From Mobula hypostoma (Eukaryota), in the NCBI RefSeq assembly GCF_963921235.1, contig NC_086097.1, positions 16,306,001-16,370,000 of the forward strand: DNA of 64,000 nucleotides. The letters run 5' to 3'. Position numbers and translations under genes: made by a program. The notes under the pieces were generated by a model. It was not told the DNA's origin. It was given only the letters and a program-made list of their open reading frames with translations, and did no database searches. Below, piece by piece: positions 61,286 to 64,000 of the stretch (its first letter is position 1; each line of letters begins with the position of its first letter).

Positions 61286-62215
61286 CTACGATTGGTAATA
61301 GCTCCTCTTAAGTGGTTTCTCCTTATCCTGGTCTCACTGGGACACCCCTTGGTTATGGTCAAGAGAATTGTGTTGGTTTCAGCATTGAAATGAACAACAT
61401 TGAGTTTCTTCACTGTACCAAGGTCGGAGTCTAAGTCGAATTTATCGCCACATGCACGGGTGTGATGAGAACCAGGAGTGAGGCAGAAATGTGGAAGAGA
61501 GAGAGAGAGAGATAGAGAGATAGGGATAGGGATCGGGATAGAGAGGGGAAAAAATGGTTTCTGAAGCAGATTAGGCCGCTGAATATTGAAGAAGTTCCAG
61601 AGTGGAAAATCAACTAAAGTTAGTATAACTGAAATATTTACTATTATTAACATTCAAAGAAATGAAATCAATCATGATTTGAGTCTTTGAGGTGTAAAGA
61701 GTAGATTGAAGATCAATCTGAGTGGAAAGGAGATGATTGGTCAAGTACTGACTATATTTAGGAGAACTGGATAATGTACATATTTCACTAGCAGATGATA
61801 TGACATGGAGGCTAAATTCAAAGGCATTTTGATTTAACCCTTTATCACAAAAATGTGTGGGTAAGTCCAATCAACATTTTTACCAGCAGCAACTGTGGAG
61901 AGAGAAAAAGAATTCAGGTTTTAGGTTGAAGACCCTTTCTGACAAAAGGTCTGTAACTTTAATTCTCTTTTTCTTTTCCACAGATGCTGTCTTACCTGGT
62001 TAGTGTTTACAGAGCTTGCTGATTTTTTTTTAATATATAATTTGGGTTTCCAACATCTGCTTGGTGATACTGGGTGCATACGGCCTTGCTGGCCGGGTAC
62101 TTGCCGGCCGGGTACTTGCCTATATTAACTCTCATCTGAATGAGAGTTGCTGAATCAGAAGTCACTGTCATTATCAATCGAATATTACAGTTTGCGAAAT
62201 AACTATGAAGCAGCA

Positions 62216-62413
62216 ACACACACAAAAAAATGCTGGTGAACGCAGCAGGCCAGGCAGCATCTATAGGAAGAGGTACAGTTGACGCTTCGGGCTGAGATGA
62301 AGGGTTGACTGTACCTCTTCCAATAGATGCTGCCTGACCTGCTGCGTTCACCAGCACTTTTTGTGTGTGTTGCTTGAATTTCCAGCATTTGCAGATTTCC
62401 TTGTGTTCATGTG
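62216..62413. mobile_element. Penelope-derived element forming a ~70-bp inverted repeat, 11-bp TSD
   Basis: TSD ATGAAGCAGCA at 62205-62215 and 62414-62424; arms ~62212-62283 and ~62305-62375. Confidence 0.78.
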
Positions 62414-62494
62414 ATGAAGCAGCAGGCTGTTTTATTCAGAATCAAAACCTTTTCAAATTTACTAAAACAGGGTAAGGTTGTACAATATGTCTTA

Positions 62495-62700
62495 CTTCAC
62501 CCTAGAGGGCCAGTGACCCAGGTTCATTTCCTGCTGCTGTCTGTAAGGAGTTTGTGCATCCTCCCTGTGGCTGAGTGAGTTTCCTCTGAGTGCTCCAGTT
62601 TCCTCCCACATTGCAAAGGCATATGAGTTAGTAAGTTAATTGGTCACACTGGTGTAATTGGGCAGTGCAGGCGCATTGGGCTTGTTACCATTGTCAAGGA
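62495..62700 (+). repeat. V-SINE/HE1-like tRNA-derived SINE
   Basis: B-box-like GGTTCATTTCC, then GGAGTTTGTGCATCCTCCCTGTG..GTGCTCCAGTTTCCTCCCACA V-domain. Confidence 0.65.
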
Positions 62701-63681
62701 TGGTCACTTCTTGGCCAACAGGCAACTTTCCCTTTCATGGTTGTTTGCTAATCTTGCTTTCTAAACACAGCAGCTGCCACTTGTAAGATCACAAACGGAT
62801 GGAAGTAGACTTCCAACTAACAGTTGTTTGGCTTCTGGTTGTAAAAGGGAGTCAGTCTTCAGTTCTTGAAATGTAAATGGAAAGCACTAATCACCTTGAG
62901 GTTAAAACAAGTATTGTCTGAAGACCAGCTTTGTAAACAAGCTTTGTGGATAGTAGGCCTTCTGTCCGAAGTAAGGTTCTGCTCACTACACCTGCTTTAT
63001 TACTGCTTAAGATGCAGTATAAGACAATGGGTTGTTCACTTCAGGTTGTTTCAAATAGACAAGCTGACTCCTAAGTTCTTTGTTTCAAGGAAGCTTGCAG
63101 AATTGAGGAATAATATTATTTAACACATCAATAACTGTGATGTGTTTACAGTTGGAAGATTTTATGTGCTCAAGAAAGTTATCTTCACAGCTCTACAATA
63201 TTAATGGTAGGTAGCTGAAGAACTGTCTCCAAAATGCTTTTAGACTGTTTGTGGTGAAAGGACATCTGAGGAAATACCATACGCATGTGAAGACACCCAA
63301 GTGGTAAAAGAAGGGTATAATTGTAGAGAGCAGATCAGGCTTATTAGGAGGGGTTGAAGAACATCAAGAAGAATGATAGTAAGACCAGATGAATAGAATC
63401 CATTCCTCGTCCACATCATGGTATGTCTTTTTACTTTATAAGAACCTTACCTGTGTTGTGGAAATCCTTTGAAATGCTTTGTGTTTTAAAAATGATTTGT
63501 AATTGGGAAGTAAGTGTTTAAGATGGAAATCATCTGAGTTTTAAACGTGTTTTAAGAACATGTGGATTCAAACGTGTATCACTGTAAATAAATGAACTGT
63601 GTTTTAAGCTACTTTGTTAGCTGGAAATGTCTTCTGTTTGGTAAGGAAGAGGGACCCTCCACTCAAGTAGTGGGTGTTGGC

Positions 63682-64000
63682 ATAGAAACATAGAAATCTA
63701 CAGCACATTACACACCCTTTGACCCACAATGTTGTGCCAACCATATAACCTACTCGAGAAACTGCCTAAAATTTCCCTACCCAATTTTTCTAAGCTCCGT
63801 GTACTTCAAATATGTTATTGTATCTGCCTCCACCACTGTCGCTGGCAGTGCGTTCCACACACCCACCACTCTCTGTGTGAAAAACTTACCTCCGACATCT
63901 CCCTTGTACCTACTTCCAAATGCCTTAAAACTATGCCCTCTCGTGTTAGCCATTTCAGCCCTGGGGAAAAGCCTCTGCCTATCCACATGATCAATGCATC
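63682..64000 (-). mobile_element. CR1 LINE 3' fragment, runs off the window
   Basis: TRGHSFK..FFTQRVVGVWNALP; (TTTCTATG) tail. Confidence 0.85.

Noticed and set aside
61490..61620. RD/RE-repeat coding exon
   Set aside because: Explained by a (GA)n/(GATAGG)n microsatellite; no splice or homology support.
1..64000. CRISPR arrays, prokaryotic operons, tRNA genes
   Set aside because: None seen; most short ORF-track entries are antisense shadows of TEs or chance ORFs.

Overview
Vertebrate genomic DNA. The repeat content (V-SINE/HE1-like SINEs, CR1/HER1-like LINE tails, abundant Penelope ends) points to a cartilaginous fish (inference). The window is dominated by the minus-strand DLST gene (E2 subunit of 2-oxoglutarate dehydrogenase). 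I reconstructed coding exons 1-12 by hand (58570 down to 5473; 1023 nt, 341 codons, all GT-AG, one continuous frame); exons 13-15 were not found and probably lie left of the window. A CpG-rich promoter at about 58.2-58.7 kb is followed by a second, divergent promoter-like cluster at about 59.0 kb. The introns are packed with nested transposons: a Rep-less Helitron split by a full-length L1, a second shorter Helitron inside an RTE LINE, a Gypsy element with PNMA-like gag and tRNA-Pro PBS, an IR/DR Tc1, a fold-back mariner MITE, an RLE-type retroelement with a 36-bp duplication, Rex1 and CR1 LINEs, and SINEs. Most notable are a dispersed family of Penelope-derived short elements carrying minimal hammerhead ribozyme motifs, a Tigger-like MITE containing the 5' end of 28S rRNA, and the helicase-only Helitron family. 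All family assignments come from reading motifs; no database search was run.
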